Source: Dictyostelium discoideum (Eukaryota). From it: a stretch of 64,000 bases of DNA. The notes below the pieces were generated by a model. The model was not told where the DNA came from, ran no database searches, and saw only the letters and a program-made list of their open reading frames with translations. The stretch covers positions 1,888,001-1,952,000 of the forward strand of contig CM000150.2 of the NCBI GenBank assembly GCA_000004695.1, read 5' to 3'. This document shows positions 1 through 12,527 of the stretch, one piece after another; position 1 is the first letter of the stretch; each line of letters begins with the position of its first letter. A program made the position numbers and the translations under genes.

Positions 1-337
1 TATTATTTGTTATTGAATCTATTGTTGATGTATTTGTTGTTTTAGTAGTTACACTTTGATAAATTGGAGTTTGTGCTATTGATGTTAATGTTGGTTGTAA
101 TATTGGTGGTGCCTTTGATGATATTGGTACTGTTGGTGGTGGTGATATTGGTGATACTGTTGAGGGTGTTGCTAATTGTGCTACTGTTGGTGGTAATGGC
201 ATTGTTGATGGTGGTGATATTGGTACTGTTGGTGGTGATATTGGTACTGTTGGTGGTGATGATGGTGGTGGTGGTAATGGCATTGTTGGTGGTGATGGTG
301 GTAATGGCATTGTTAGTGGTGGTGGTGGTAATGGCAT
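1..337 (-). CDS. Partial ORF, 5' part only, of a Pro/Thr/Ser-rich repeat protein (repeats PPTVPISPP and STMPLPPPP). It runs off the left edge of the window.
   Basis: The minus-strand frame is open from about 590 to position 1 with no stop. The first in-frame ATG is at 337..335. The plus strand here is a GGT/GAT/GTT-rich imperfect minisatellite, unlike AT-rich intergenic DNA. The 109-aa plus-strand ORF 64..393 is its mirror artefact. Confidence 0.3.
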   Translation of the reverse strand, partial: MPLPPPPLTMPLPPSPPTMPLPPPPSSPPTVPISPPTVPISPPSTMPLPPTVAQLATPSTVSPISPPPTVPISSKAPPILQPTLTSIAQTPIYQSVTTKTTNTSTIDSITNN

Positions 338-1080
338 TGTTGATTTTGATGATATTGGTACTGTTGGTGGTGCTGTTGATTGTGTTGATATAGATGATAC
401 TGTTGAGGGTGTTGCTACATCTGATGTTGGTGGTGTTGTATAGAAGATGCTGTTGTAGATTGTTGATGTTAATTTTGATAAAAGAGAAAAAGAAAAATAA
501 GAAAAATAAGAAGAAGAAGAAGTAGAAGGTGGTGGTGATGGTGGTAATGGTGGTGATGGTGGTGATGGTGGTGATGGAATTGATGAATCACTTAAAAATA
601 AAAAAAGGAAATGGAATTTAGAGAAATTAGTATATAGTGGAGTATTAAAAAATTAAATGACTTATATTTTATAATATTAATATATTTACTCTTCTGTTGT
701 TAAATAGTTCATTATTTTTTATTTTATTTTCCACCTTTTTTTCCCTTCACTCTTTTTTTTTTTTTTATATCTTTATCGTTTTTGTTGAAAAAAAAAATAA
801 AAAAAAAAAAAAAGAAAAAAAAAATTTTTCTTTTTTTTCAATCTTTTTTTTTATCCCTCATTTTTTTTGTTTTTTTCTTTTTTTTTTCGGAACTTATTTA
901 TTCCACCATTAAAAAAGATGGGAATAAATGGTGGAATAAATAAGTTCAGAAAAAAAAAACACAAAGTATGAATTTTTTTATTATTAAAGTCTATTTATTT
1001 TAATATTTTTTTTTTTATTTATTTAAATTATTTTATTTTATTTTTATTTTATTTATTTTATTTTTTTTTTTTAGTAGTTC

Positions 1081-1129
<49 letters not shown>

Positions 1130-1431
1130 GATTAAGACTTGTTTTAAATTTATTTTGATTTAGAAGTAATATCACAACATTGTTTTTTTTTTTATCGTTC
1201 AAAAAAACCAGTAATTTAACATATAAATTCCTTTTTTGTTTAATTATGACGTTCGAATTGTGGCGAAAAAAGAAATTTTAATTTTTTTAAATTTTTATAT
1301 TTTTTTTTTTTTTTCATTTTCAATTTTTTTTTTTTTTTTTTTTTTTTTAATTCAAAATTTTTTTTTTTTTTTTTTTTTTTAATATTTTCATTTTTTTATA
1401 ATTCATTTTTTTTTTTTTTCTTTAAAAAATA

Positions 1432-2712
1432 ATGATCAGATCAGCAAGACTCATTTCAAATATTAAATTTGGACAAAAAAATATTAGACAATTCTCAACC
1501 AATACAAATTGGTGGGCAAATGTTCAAAAGGGACCAGAAGATCCAATTTTAGGTGTTAGCATTGCTTACAATAAAGATACCTCACCATCAAAGATCAATT
1601 TAGGTGTTGGTGCATACAGAGATGAAAATGGTAAACCATACGTATTGGATTGCGTAAAGAAAGCAGACAAAAAGATCTATGAAGCCAACGTCGATCACGA
1701 ATACGCACCAATTGTTGGTGTTGCAGCATTCAATCAATTGGCAGCACAATTAGCATTGGGTGAAGAGTGTAAACATATTAAAGAGAAACGTATTGCCACC
1801 GTTCAATCGATTTCAGGTACTGGTGCTTTAAGAATTGCCGCTGATTTCTTTGCCCGTTTCCTCAAGGGTAAAACCGCATACGTACCAAACCCAACATGGG
1901 GTAACCATAATGTTATTTTCAACGATGCAGGCATTCCAGTCAAATCCTACGGTTACTACAATCCAGCCACTTGTGGATTAAACTTTGAAGCCATGACAAA
2001 GGATATCGCTGCCGCTCCAGAGGGTTCAATCATTTTATTACATGCATGTGCTCACAATCCAACCGGTGTCGATCCAACCGCTGAGCAATGGAAAAAGATC
2101 TCTGAAATCTGTAAAGAGCGTGGTCATTTTGTTCTCTTTGATTTCGCTTATCAAGGTTTCGCATCTGGTAGCCCAGAAAAGGATGCTGCCGCTGTCCGTA
2201 TGTTTGTCGAAGATGGTCACAACATTGCTCTCTGTCAATCATTTGCTAAAAACTTTGGTCTCTATGGTGAACGTATTGGTGCTTTCTCCATTCTCACTGA
2301 AACTTCAGATCAAGCTCTCAACGTTGAATCTCAATTAAAGATCTTAATTCGTCCAATGTACTCTAATCCACCAGTTTATGGAGCTCGTCTCGTTCAAGCT
2401 ATCCTCAAAGATAAAGAATTAACCAATGAATGGAGATCCGAAGTTAAAGGTATGGCCGATCGTATCATTAACATGAGAGAACAATTAGTCAAATACCTTA
2501 AAAAACATGGTTCAACTCGTGATTGGTCTCATATTACCACTCAAATTGGTATGTTTTGTTTCACTGGTTTAACTCCAGAACAAGTTGATCGTTTGGCAAA
2601 TGAATATCACATCTATTTAACTCGTAATGGTCGTATCTCAATTGCTGGTATTAATTCAACAAATGTTGAATATCTCGCTAAAGCAATGGCTGCCGTTACA
2701 AAAGATAATTAA
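1432..2712 (+). CDS. Aspartate aminotransferase, mitochondrial-type, as a single exon with an N-terminal presequence.
   Basis: The 426-aa ORF carries class-I aminotransferase signatures: GVGAYRDENGKP, SKNFGLYGERIGAF, HACAHNPTGVDP and SQSFAKNFGLYGER. The basic, hydroxylated N-terminus (MIRSARLISNIKFGQKNIRQFS) looks like a mitochondrial targeting peptide. Confidence 0.95.
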   Translation: MIRSARLISNIKFGQKNIRQFSTNTNWWANVQKGPEDPILGVSIAYNKDTSPSKINLGVGAYRDENGKPYVLDCVKKADKKIYEANVDHEYAPIVGVAAFNQLAAQLALGEECKHIKEKRIATVQSISGTGALRIAADFFARFLKGKTAYVPNPTWGNHNVIFNDAGIPVKSYGYYNPATCGLNFEAMTKDIAAAPEGSIILLHACAHNPTGVDPTAEQWKKISEICKERGHFVLFDFAYQGFASGSPEKDAAAVRMFVEDGHNIALCQSFAKNFGLYGERIGAFSILTETSDQALNVESQLKILIRPMYSNPPVYGARLVQAILKDKELTNEWRSEVKGMADRIINMREQLVKYLKKHGSTRDWSHITTQIGMFCFTGLTPEQVDRLANEYHIYLTRNGRISIAGINSTNVEYLAKAMAAVTKDN

Positions 2713-2849
2713 AAAAAAAAAAAAAACAAAAAACAAATATTCATTAATAAAAAAATGTAATTAATGTTATGTATATTGTAATTTTAAAAAAAAAAAAAAG
2801 AAAAATAATAAAATTTTCTTTTTATTTTATTTTATTTTATTTATATAAT

Positions 2850-4315
<1,466 letters not shown>

Positions 4316-4438
4316 TATATTTAAAATAATAATAATAATATTAATATTAAAAAGGTTGCCAAAAAAAAGGAAATTAAAAATACAAATGAAAAAAAAGTGA
4401 ATATAAAAAAAAAAAAAATGAAAAAAAAAAATGGGATT

Positions 4439-4508
<70 letters not shown>

Positions 4509-4564
4509 TTTTTCTCTTTTTTTATTAATTAAATTACTTTCGAAAAAAATAAATAATATACTAA

Positions 4565-4572
4565 ACCCATAA
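4565..4572 (+). promoter_or_regulatory. DUSE-like upstream element ACCCATAA, about 65 nt upstream of ncRNA 1.
   Basis: It matches the Dictyostelium upstream sequence element consensus [AT]CCCA[CT]AA, which sits near -60 of ncRNA genes. Confidence 0.6.
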
Positions 4573-4629
4573 TAATTTTTTTTTTTTTTTTGTTTTAAAT
4601 TAAAAATGGAATAAAATATGAAGATTACA

Positions 4630-4734
4630 AGGGCTTCTTACAGCAAAATAAAGTAAATAAATAAGGTGTAGAATAGGTGGGAGACTATGTCGGCCGTGAA
4701 ATACCACCACTAATTAAAAAAACTTCGATCCCTG
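4630..4734 (+). ncRNA. Class-I-like ncRNA, about 105 nt, with an rRNA-derived core.
   Basis: The 5' end AGGGCUUCUUACAGCAAAAU contains CUUACAGCAA, a 10/11 match to the class I RNA motif CCUUACAGCAA placed right after a short 5' stem. The 3' end GAUCCCU can pair with the 5' AGGGC. A T9 run follows at 4735-4743. The core GGUGUAGAAUAGGUGGGAGAC...GCCGUGAAAUACCACCAC parallels the LSU rRNA segment GGUGUAGAAUAAGUGGGAG...GUGAAAUACCACUAC. Confidence 0.55.
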
Positions 4735-5067
4735 TTTTTTTTTGTCAAACACCTTGTTATTACCATATTTTACCTTGGAAATTTTTTCATTTTTTTATTT
4801 TTTTTTTACCAACTATTATTTTTTTTTGCAACATTGTATTGGTATAAATAGACACACAAAAATAAAACAACCAAACCAATTTTTTTTTTTTTTTTTTAAT
4901 TCCAAAAAACCAAATTTTAAAATATTCCCAACTTGTTGTTCTTCAAAATAAAAAATAGTAATAAAAAATTAATAATAAAAAAACAATAATAAAAAGGATA
5001 TTTTTTTTTTCTTGTCTATTTCTTTTTTTTTTATTTGAAGGATTTTGGAAAAAAAAAAAAAAAAAAA

Positions 5068-5075
5068 ACCCATAA
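5068..5075 (+). promoter_or_regulatory. DUSE-like upstream element ACCCATAA, about 64 nt upstream of ncRNA 2.
   Basis: Same consensus and same spacing as at 4565. Confidence 0.6.
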
Positions 5076-5131
5076 TAAAAATTTTTATTTATTTTGACTT
5101 TAATTTAAAAAAAAATTAAAAAAATATTTTA

Positions 5132-5273
5132 AGGGCTTCTTACAGCAAAATTAATACAAAGTAAATTAAAACCAAAGTGTGTAGGATAGGTGGGAGACTT
5201 TGGTCAAGCGTGAAAGACCACCCCTTAGATTTAATTAAACCTACTTCTGAAAAGAAGGAAAACTTGAGCCCTG
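5132..5273 (+). ncRNA. Class-I-like ncRNA paralogue, about 142 nt.
   Basis: The 5' AGGGCUUCUUACAGCAAAAU is identical to locus 1. The core GUGUAGGAUAGGUGGGAGAC...GUGAAAGACCACC is a diverged copy. The 3' GAGCCCU pairs with the 5' end. A T7 run follows at 5274-5280. The next 120 nt (5290-5400) are also GC-elevated and hold a hairpin, TTGAATGT/ACATTCAA. Confidence 0.55.
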
Positions 5274-5643
5274 TTTTTTTGAGTGAATTTAATATTGAGC
5301 CTTTTGGAATTGGTTGAATGTAACATTCAATCCTAACAGTTGTCGAGGAAATTGCGCTACACGAGGAGTAATAACCAATCTTTAACATTAATGGTGTTGA
5401 ATTTTTTGAATTGTTGGGTAATGAAAAAATAAGAATGAAAAAGTTTTAATTTAATTTTTTTTTTTTTTTTATTATTTTTTTTTTGTGATATTATTCGGTG
5501 GTATTCGTTGGGAAAGTGTTTGAAAAAGATTTTTTTTTTTTTTTAAAATTATTATTTTCTTCTTTGGTTGAAATAAAAAATTCAAAAATAGTAATTCAGA
5601 GTAAGGGCATAATTTGATAATTGTAAAACGAGTTTTGGATTTG

Positions 5644-5805
5644 TTAAATTCCACCTTTTGGACCAAGTTTATTAATCAATGAAGCTATCATTTTTAAATT
5701 ATTTCCAAAATTAATTTGAACTGATTTAGAATTAATTTCAAATGTTGTGTTTGAAGATAATGATGATGACGATTTATTTGAAATTTTAGTTAAAGTAGTG
5801 AAAAT
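5644..5805 (-). CDS. Small-ORF family member, type a, 53 aa: MIFTTLTKISNKSSSSLSSNTTFEINSKSVQINFGNNLKMIASLINKLGPKGGI.
   Basis: ATG to TAA lies inside repeat unit 1a and is paralogous to five other copies. It diverges from the type-b copy at 7260 across a shared intergenic region of about 1.45 kb. Confidence 0.45.
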   Translation of the reverse strand: MFTTLTKISNKSSSSLSSNTTFEINSKSVQINFGNNLKMIASLINKLGPKGGI

Positions 5806-6279
5806 CATTTTTTAATTGAATATATTTTATTGAAAAAGAAATATTAGATTTTTTTTGATTTTATTTTTTTTTTGATTTATTTGGATAATGAAATAAAATT
5901 AATTTTCATTTTTGATTAAATAGTTTTTTTTCTTTTTTTTTTTTTTTTATTTAATTGTTTTAAAAAAAAAAAATAGAAATTTAAAATAAATAAATAAATA
6001 AATAAAAAGTTATAAATGGAACCGATATTCACAGTATAGTTATTTAACAAATAAATGTTTTCGATAATAATAATTTTAAAAATGAATAAGTAAGTTAAAT
6101 GAGGATTATCTAATCATTTTAATTTTTGATTAAATCAGATTGAAGAGGTATTACCAACTGAAAAATTATAAATATAATGATAGTACCAATTTTATTGTGT
6201 AAAAAATAATAATCGTTTATACACCCAATTTTATAAATTACTCCACAATACAAAAATTATTTCACCCCACATATTTCTT

Positions 6280-6321
<42 letters not shown>

Positions 6322-6492
6322 GGGTTGAACAGAATTATTTTAGTTAGAATTTAAATTAATTGTTTAAAAATAATTAATATATAAATAAATTTTTGATCAT
6401 TTGTAAATAATTATAACAAAGTATTTTGGTTTTAATTTCAAATAAAAAAAATAATATTACTTTTAAAAGAAGTTAGAATTTTAGATTATTGG

Positions 6493-6528
<36 letters not shown>

Positions 6529-7259
6529 AATATAATTTTAGGTTCAAAGGAATTAAAGATTATTATAAAGAAAAAAATAATTTCATTGGAATTTTGTTTT
6601 TGTTTTTCTAATTATATAGAATTTTTTTTTTTTTTTTAAACAAATAATTATTAATCATTGAATTGAGTTTTTTTTTTTTTTATATTGAAAACCTTAAATT
6701 ATTTTGTTAAACCACTTAAAAAAAAATGAAAAAATAATTAATAAATAAAAACAAATAATTTAAAAATAAAAAAAGGGGTGAATTATGTGTTTGTAATTTG
6801 TGGATTACTCACGATTAAAAGTGAAATATTTGTGTAAAAATGAATTTTATTTGTTCAATAAATAATTGTACTGAATAACCACTATCATAATATTGTTATT
6901 CTTCAGTTGAATATTTATTTTTGATTTTATTCTCTCAATCACTCATATCCAATTATATCATCAATATAATGTTAAGATTAACTTATTTCTCATTTTTTAT
7001 TTTATACATTCTCAAACATCTACTTGTTAAATTCTATTTTTAACATTTATAATTTATTTTTTATTATTTTATATTATATTTTATTATTTTTTTTTAAAAG
7101 TATTTAATAAAAAAAAATGATTTTTCATTTCTTTTCATTATTCAATACAAATAAAATATTATAAAATATAATACAATTAATTAAATAATATAATTTAATA
7201 TAAAAATATAATTTAATTTAATAATTAATAAAAATAAAAATAAAAAATTTAAATAAAAA

Positions 7260-7433
7260 ATGATTTTCACTTCATTAACTAAAATTTTAAATAAATCTTC
7301 ATCATCATCCTTAAATAAAACCTTTGATATTGACCAAAAATCAATTGCAATTAATTTTGAAAAATCAAATATTCAAGTTTATACAGTTTTAAATCCACTT
7401 GGTCCTCAAGGTGGTGTAGGCCCATACTTTTGA
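7260..7433 (+). CDS. Small-ORF family member, type b, 57 aa: MIFTSLTKILNKSSSSSLNKTFDIDQKSIAINFEKSNIQVYTVLNPLGPQGGVGPYF.
   Basis: A complete ATG..TGA ORF conserved in four near-identical paralogues. Differences among copies are mostly conservative or silent. Confidence 0.5.
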   Translation: MIFTSLTKILNKSSSSSLNKTFDIDQKSIAINFEKSNIQVYTVLNPLGPQGGVGPYF

Positions 7434-8311
7434 TTTTATTTTAATCCAAAGAAGAAAAAAAAGATTTCCATCAAACTCTACAAAACAAAACTTTCCGAAT
7501 CAAATATAACCAACCATATGGGTTTAAAAACGAATTTAAAAATCGAAAAACAAAAAAATAAACTATTAAATAAAATTTATACTTTAATTTTAAAATCTAT
7601 TTTTTATTTTAAAGCCTATTATTTTTTTTATTTTATTTTTTATTTTTAAAAAAAAACTAAAAATTAAAAACTAATTAATACTGATTTAATAATAAATTAT
7701 TCATAACACGAGTTTTTGTTTGTTTTACAAGGCGAAAAAAAAAATCAAAAAGAAGAATTAGTTGTTTTGGTCATTTTATTTGCCAAAAAAAAAATTTAAA
7801 AAAAAAATTAAAAAAAAGAAAAGAATAATTTTGAGTTTTTTTTTTAAAACTAAATAACCAAATTAATTGTTTTAGTCATAATATTTATTTTTATAAATTT
7901 AGTTTTATTATTTTTTAACTATTTTTAAGATTTTTCTCATTTTATTTTTATTAATTATTTTCATCATTTTAATTATCACTTTATTTTTATTAGAAATTCT
8001 CATAATTTTAAGAATTTTATTTTTTTGAAAAAGAAGAATAAAAACATAAAAAACTAAAAAAAAATAACTGTAAAAAAAAGAAAGTTTTATTTAATTTTTA
8101 TTTTATTTTATTTTATTTTATTTTTATTTTATTTAATTTTTATTTTTTGTGATTTATATTATTCGGTGGTATTTGTTGGGAAAGTGTTTGAAAAAGTTTT
8201 TTCTTTTTTTTAAAATTATTATTTTCTTCTTTGATCGAAATAAAAAAATTCAAATATGGTCATTCAGAGTAAGGATATAATTTGATAATTGTAAAACGAG
8301 TTTTGGATTTG

Positions 8312-8476
8312 TTAAATTCCACCTTTTGGACCAAGTTTATTAATCAATGAAGCTATCATTTTTAAATTATTTCCAAAATCAATTTGAACTGATTTAGAAT
8401 TAATTTCAAATGTTGTGTTTGAAGATAAAGATGATGATGATTTATTTGAAATTTTAGTTAAAGTAGTGAAAATCAT
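8312..8476 (-). CDS. Small-ORF family member, type a, second copy; it differs from the first by N to D in ...VQIDFGNN...
   Basis: Paralogue of 5644..5805, inside repeat unit 1b. Confidence 0.45.
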   Translation of the reverse strand: MIFTTLTKISNKSSSSLSSNTTFEINSKSVQIDFGNNLKMIASLINKLGPKGGI

Positions 8477-9614
8477 TTTTAAATTGAAAAAGAAATATTA
8501 GATTTTCTATTTTTATTTTTATTTTGTTTTGATTTATTTGGATAATGAATTAAAAAGAATTTTCATTTTTGATTAAATAGTTTTTTTTTTTTTATTTAAT
8601 TGTTTAAAATAAAAAAAAATTAAAAAAAAGTTATATATAGAACTAATAATCACAGTATAGTTATTAACAAATAAATGTTGGATATTAAAAATTAATTATT
8701 TAAAAATAACTAATATAAATAAATATTAGATCATTTTGTAAATAATTTTACCAAAGTATTTTAATTTCAATTTAAAAATTTGTATTACTTTCAAAAGAAT
8801 TAGGAATTTAAGATTTAAAAAAAAAAAAAAAAAAAAAAAATTTAATATAATTTTAGGTTCAAAGGGACTTAAAGGAATTAAAGATTATTTTAGAGAAAAA
8901 AAATGATTTCATTGGAATTTTGTTTTTATTTTTTTATTTTAATTTTATAGAATTATTGATTTTTTTTTTTTTTTAACAAATAATTATTAATCATTGAATT
9001 GAGTTTTTTTTTTTTTAATAATTGAAATCTTAAATTAATTTGTTCAACCACTTGAAAAAAATTTAAAAAAATGAAAAAATAATTAAAAAAATAAAAAAAA
9101 TAAAAAAAATAAAAAACAAATTATTTTAAAATAAAAAAGGGGTGAATTATGTGTTTGTAATTTGTGGATTCGTCACAATCAAAAGTGAAATATTTGTGTA
9201 AAAATGAAAATTATTTGTTCAATAAATAATTGTACTGAATAGCAACTATCATAATATTGTTATTCTTCAGTTGAGTATTTATTTTTGATTTTATTCTCTC
9301 AATCACTTAGATCCAATTATATCATCAATATAATATTAAGATTAACTTATTTCTCGTTTTTTATTTTTACATTCGCAAGCATCGACTTGTTAAATTCTAT
9401 TTTTAACATTTATAATTTATTTTTTATTATTTTATATTATTTTTTTTATTTCAAAGTATTTAATAAAAAAAAAAAAATGATTTTTCATTTCTATTCATTA
9501 TTTAATACAAATAAAATATTATAAAATATTATAAAATTAATTAATCAATATAATTTAATATAAAAATATAATTTAATTTAATATAATTAATAAAAGTAAA
9601 AATTTAAATAAAAA

Positions 9615-9791
9615 ATGATTTTCACTTCATTAACTAAAATTTTAAATAAATCTTCATCATCATCCTTAAATAAAACCTTTGATATTGACCAAAAATCAAT
9701 TGCAATTAATTTTGAAAAATCAAATATTCAAGTTTTTTCAGTTTTAAATAATCCACTTGGTCCTCAAGGTGGTGTTGGCCCATACTTTTGA
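9615..9791 (+). CDS. Small-ORF family member, type b, second copy, 58 aa (...NIQVFSVLNNPLGPQGGVGPYF).
   Basis: Paralogue of 7260..7433, inside repeat unit 1b. Confidence 0.5.
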   Translation: MIFTSLTKILNKSSSSSLNKTFDIDQKSIAINFEKSNIQVFSVLNNPLGPQGGVGPYF

Positions 9792-10656
9792 TTTTATTTT
9801 AATCCAAAGAAGAAAAAAAAGATTTCTACAAAACAAAACTTTCCGAATCTAATATAACCACCCATATGGGTTTATAAAAAAATTACAAACGAATATAAAA
9901 ATCGAATAACAAAAAAATAAATTATTAAAAAAATTTTATTCTTTAATTTTAAATCTATAAATATATTTTTTTTTTCTTTTTTTTTTTTTTTTTCAAAAGA
10001 TAGTACTATTTTTTATTATAAAATAACTTTAATTGTGACCAATTTAGAATATTGTTGGTTGTAATTTAATTTGATTAATTGATGATCAACTAATTCGATA
10101 ACTGATTTATTAAATTTCAATTCCACAGAAATATTGTCGCCTTTAGTTGAAATTTGTGAATCATTTAATTTGCATTTCAATTATTGGAGTTGAGTGATTG
10201 AAAGTGTAATTTTTACCATTTGGCCATTAATTCATCGGAATAGAACATGTTCTTACTTTTTGATGAATTTATACAGTTGAAATCCAACTCCAACCTAGTT
10301 AAAGCAAATGACCATTTCGAGTAATATCAATAACATTTGTTTGACTTGTTTAATATTAAAATTAATACATTAATTTATTAAAATACTCACTTATATTTAA
10401 TGCAAAATTAAAAAAATTATAATGAAATAAATAAAAAATATTGGTTTAATCTCTTTTTGTTTTTATTTTTTTTTTTTTTTATTTATTTTTTTAAAGAATT
10501 AAAATTTGTTAATGTTTATTCTATTTTTAACATTATAGCCCATAATTAAATACACCACAATAAAAATGATAATAAAATACAAAAATTTAAACATTCCCAC
10601 TTTAACAACACAAATCAAATACACAATAAAAATGTTGGAAAATGATTTTGGTTTAC

Positions 10657-10687
<31 letters not shown>

Positions 10688-10793
10688 TTTTTTTTTTATT
10701 ATTTTACAAACAATTATAGTAATTTCTTTTGTTATATTTGTTACTATTATCTTGTATATATAAGTATATTATTATTTATATTACTTTTGGTTA

Positions 10794-10936
10794 TTAAGAT
10801 TCGAAATATTTGGAAAAGAAACCTTTTATAATCGGAGTTTGATTACTTGGGCTTTGATTATTTGGAGTTGTAGAATTATTATTGTTATTACTATTATTAT
10901 TGAGATTGTTATTATTATTAATATTATTATTATTAC

Positions 10937-11023
<87 letters not shown>

Positions 11024-11152
11024 TATTATTATTATTATTATTATTGTTATTATTATTGTTATTATTACCACTATTATTTGGAGGTATTGTGGGCGTGTTA
11101 TTATTATTATTACTACTACTGTTAATATTATTATTATTATTATTAATATTAA

Positions 11153-11189
<37 letters not shown>

Positions 11190-12495
11190 ATTATTATTAT
11201 TATTATTATTCGCAATTGAAGATTGTAAAACTGTAGTTGTTACAGGTGAAGATGAACCAGATGAAGGTTTTAATTTATTTAACAAACTATTACTAGTGCT
11301 ATTGCTATTGGTTATGGAATTTTCACTTTTTAAATTATTTGTATTAACAGAATGATTATTATTATTATTATTATTATTATTAATATTATTATTATTATCG
11401 TTACTAATAATATTATTATTATTTCCTCCATCATGTACAGTTGAATTATTTGGACTTGTCCTTCCACTATTGTTTGAATTAACACTTGAATTTGGTGATG
11501 TTGGTGAAGATAATGATGCAAATGGATTGAAAAATCTAATTGCATAGGACTGTCCAGATTCTAAAACATTCTCTGTATTTAATTTAAATGTTTTATTCTT
11601 TAATGATAATGCTGTGGAATAAATAGTATGAAAATCAATTGTATTTGGATAAGCTTGTAATAGCTTTAATGAATCTGCAAATGATGATTTTAAAATTTGA
11701 TCTCTTACACAACTAAAAAAAATTAAAATGAAAAAAATAAATTAATTAATAATTCTATTGATTTATATATATAATTTAATTTATATATAACTTTTCACCT
11801 ACATTAACATTGAACAACAGAAAAAATATAATAAATCAAATCTATTTGGATCTGAAAATAATGCATCCCATAATCTTAATACATCTGGTAATTCAAATTC
11901 TTGGGATAATAATAATGTAATCCATCTAAAGCTATAAAATTGTGGATTCAATTTTTTATCTTCCTATAAAATTATAATTATTATTAGCATAATGATGATG
12001 ATGATGATTATTTTTTTTTATTTTTTTTCTTTTTTAAATAAAACTTACTAAATCAGTCCATAATTCTAAATCATTATCTTTTAAAATTCTATTTAATTTT
12101 TTAATACTACTGATGATACCAACATCAGATCTATCTAGAGTTTTACAAAAGTTATCACGAATTTCACTCATTAAACTTGTGAAACAATAGAATGAATCTG
12201 CTTCTGCATTTTTTTTACAATCTTGATCAGGATCAGTTGCAAAAATGTAATAAACATGACCCAATATTTCATTCATACCTTGAACGTATTTAATACCTGG
12301 ATTCAATTTTGCATAAATAAATAGAATACGTCTTAATGCCTCATAATGAATTGATTTACCATCCTCTTGTTGATAATTAAAGAAATGCATTGATGGAAAT
12401 GTTCTTCTAACATCTTTTTCAATATCTATTAATATGTTTTGATCTTTCCAATATTCATTCCATTTACTATCTGTTTGAACACTTAATGGCTAAAA

Positions 12496-12527
<32 letters not shown>

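Larger units (their letters stand above)
5461..7600 (+). repeat. Repeat unit 1a of a roughly 1.8-2.1 kb dispersed repeat family. It includes a 290-bp sub-element at about 6070-6360 that is missing from unit 1b.
   Basis: Near-identical long stretches are shared with 8141-9960, and in reverse complement with 36640-37860 and 38590-40100. Examples are 5700-5810 against 8350-8480, and 6790-7440 against 9130-9800. Confidence 0.85.
8141..9960 (+). repeat. Repeat unit 1b, a direct copy of 1a that lacks the 290-bp sub-element.
   Basis: Aligned by eye along its whole length to 1a at about 90-95% identity. Confidence 0.85.

Noticed and set aside
64-393. A 109-aa plus-strand ORF (MEFVLLMLMLVVILVV...).
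   Set aside because: It is the translation of a GGT/GAT/GTT minisatellite and gives a pure L/V/I/M polymer. The complementary strand gives a much more plausible P/T/S-rich protein.
697-912. A 71-aa ORF (MLNSSLFFILFSTFF...).
   Set aside because: It is read from poly-T/poly-A promoter DNA between two divergent genes, shows no codon structure and is only a homopolymer translation.
1180-1270. The GACGTTCGAATTGTGGCG motif, which resembles a tRNA T-arm.
   Set aside because: No acceptor, D or anticodon stems can be built around it, and no other tRNA-like sequence was found anywhere in the window.
2030-2338. Nested small ORFs on both strands inside the aspartate aminotransferase gene.
   Set aside because: They are overlapping-frame artefacts within a strongly supported CDS.
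4742-5666. Small ORFs 4742..4951 (+), 5140..5388 (-) and 5472..5666 (-).
   Set aside because: They overlap the two ncRNA loci and the T-rich repeat border, have F/K-rich homopolymer content and no start context. The ncRNA and repeat explanations fit better.
10826-11355. Three overlapping ORFs (10826..11215 minus, 10839..11219 plus and 10882..11355 plus) of poly-Ile or poly-Leu.
   Set aside because: They are alternative-frame and opposite-strand readings of the (ATT)n/(AAT)n tract that encodes the Asn-rich tail of the TBC gene. Only the Asn frame is continuous with the upstream exon.
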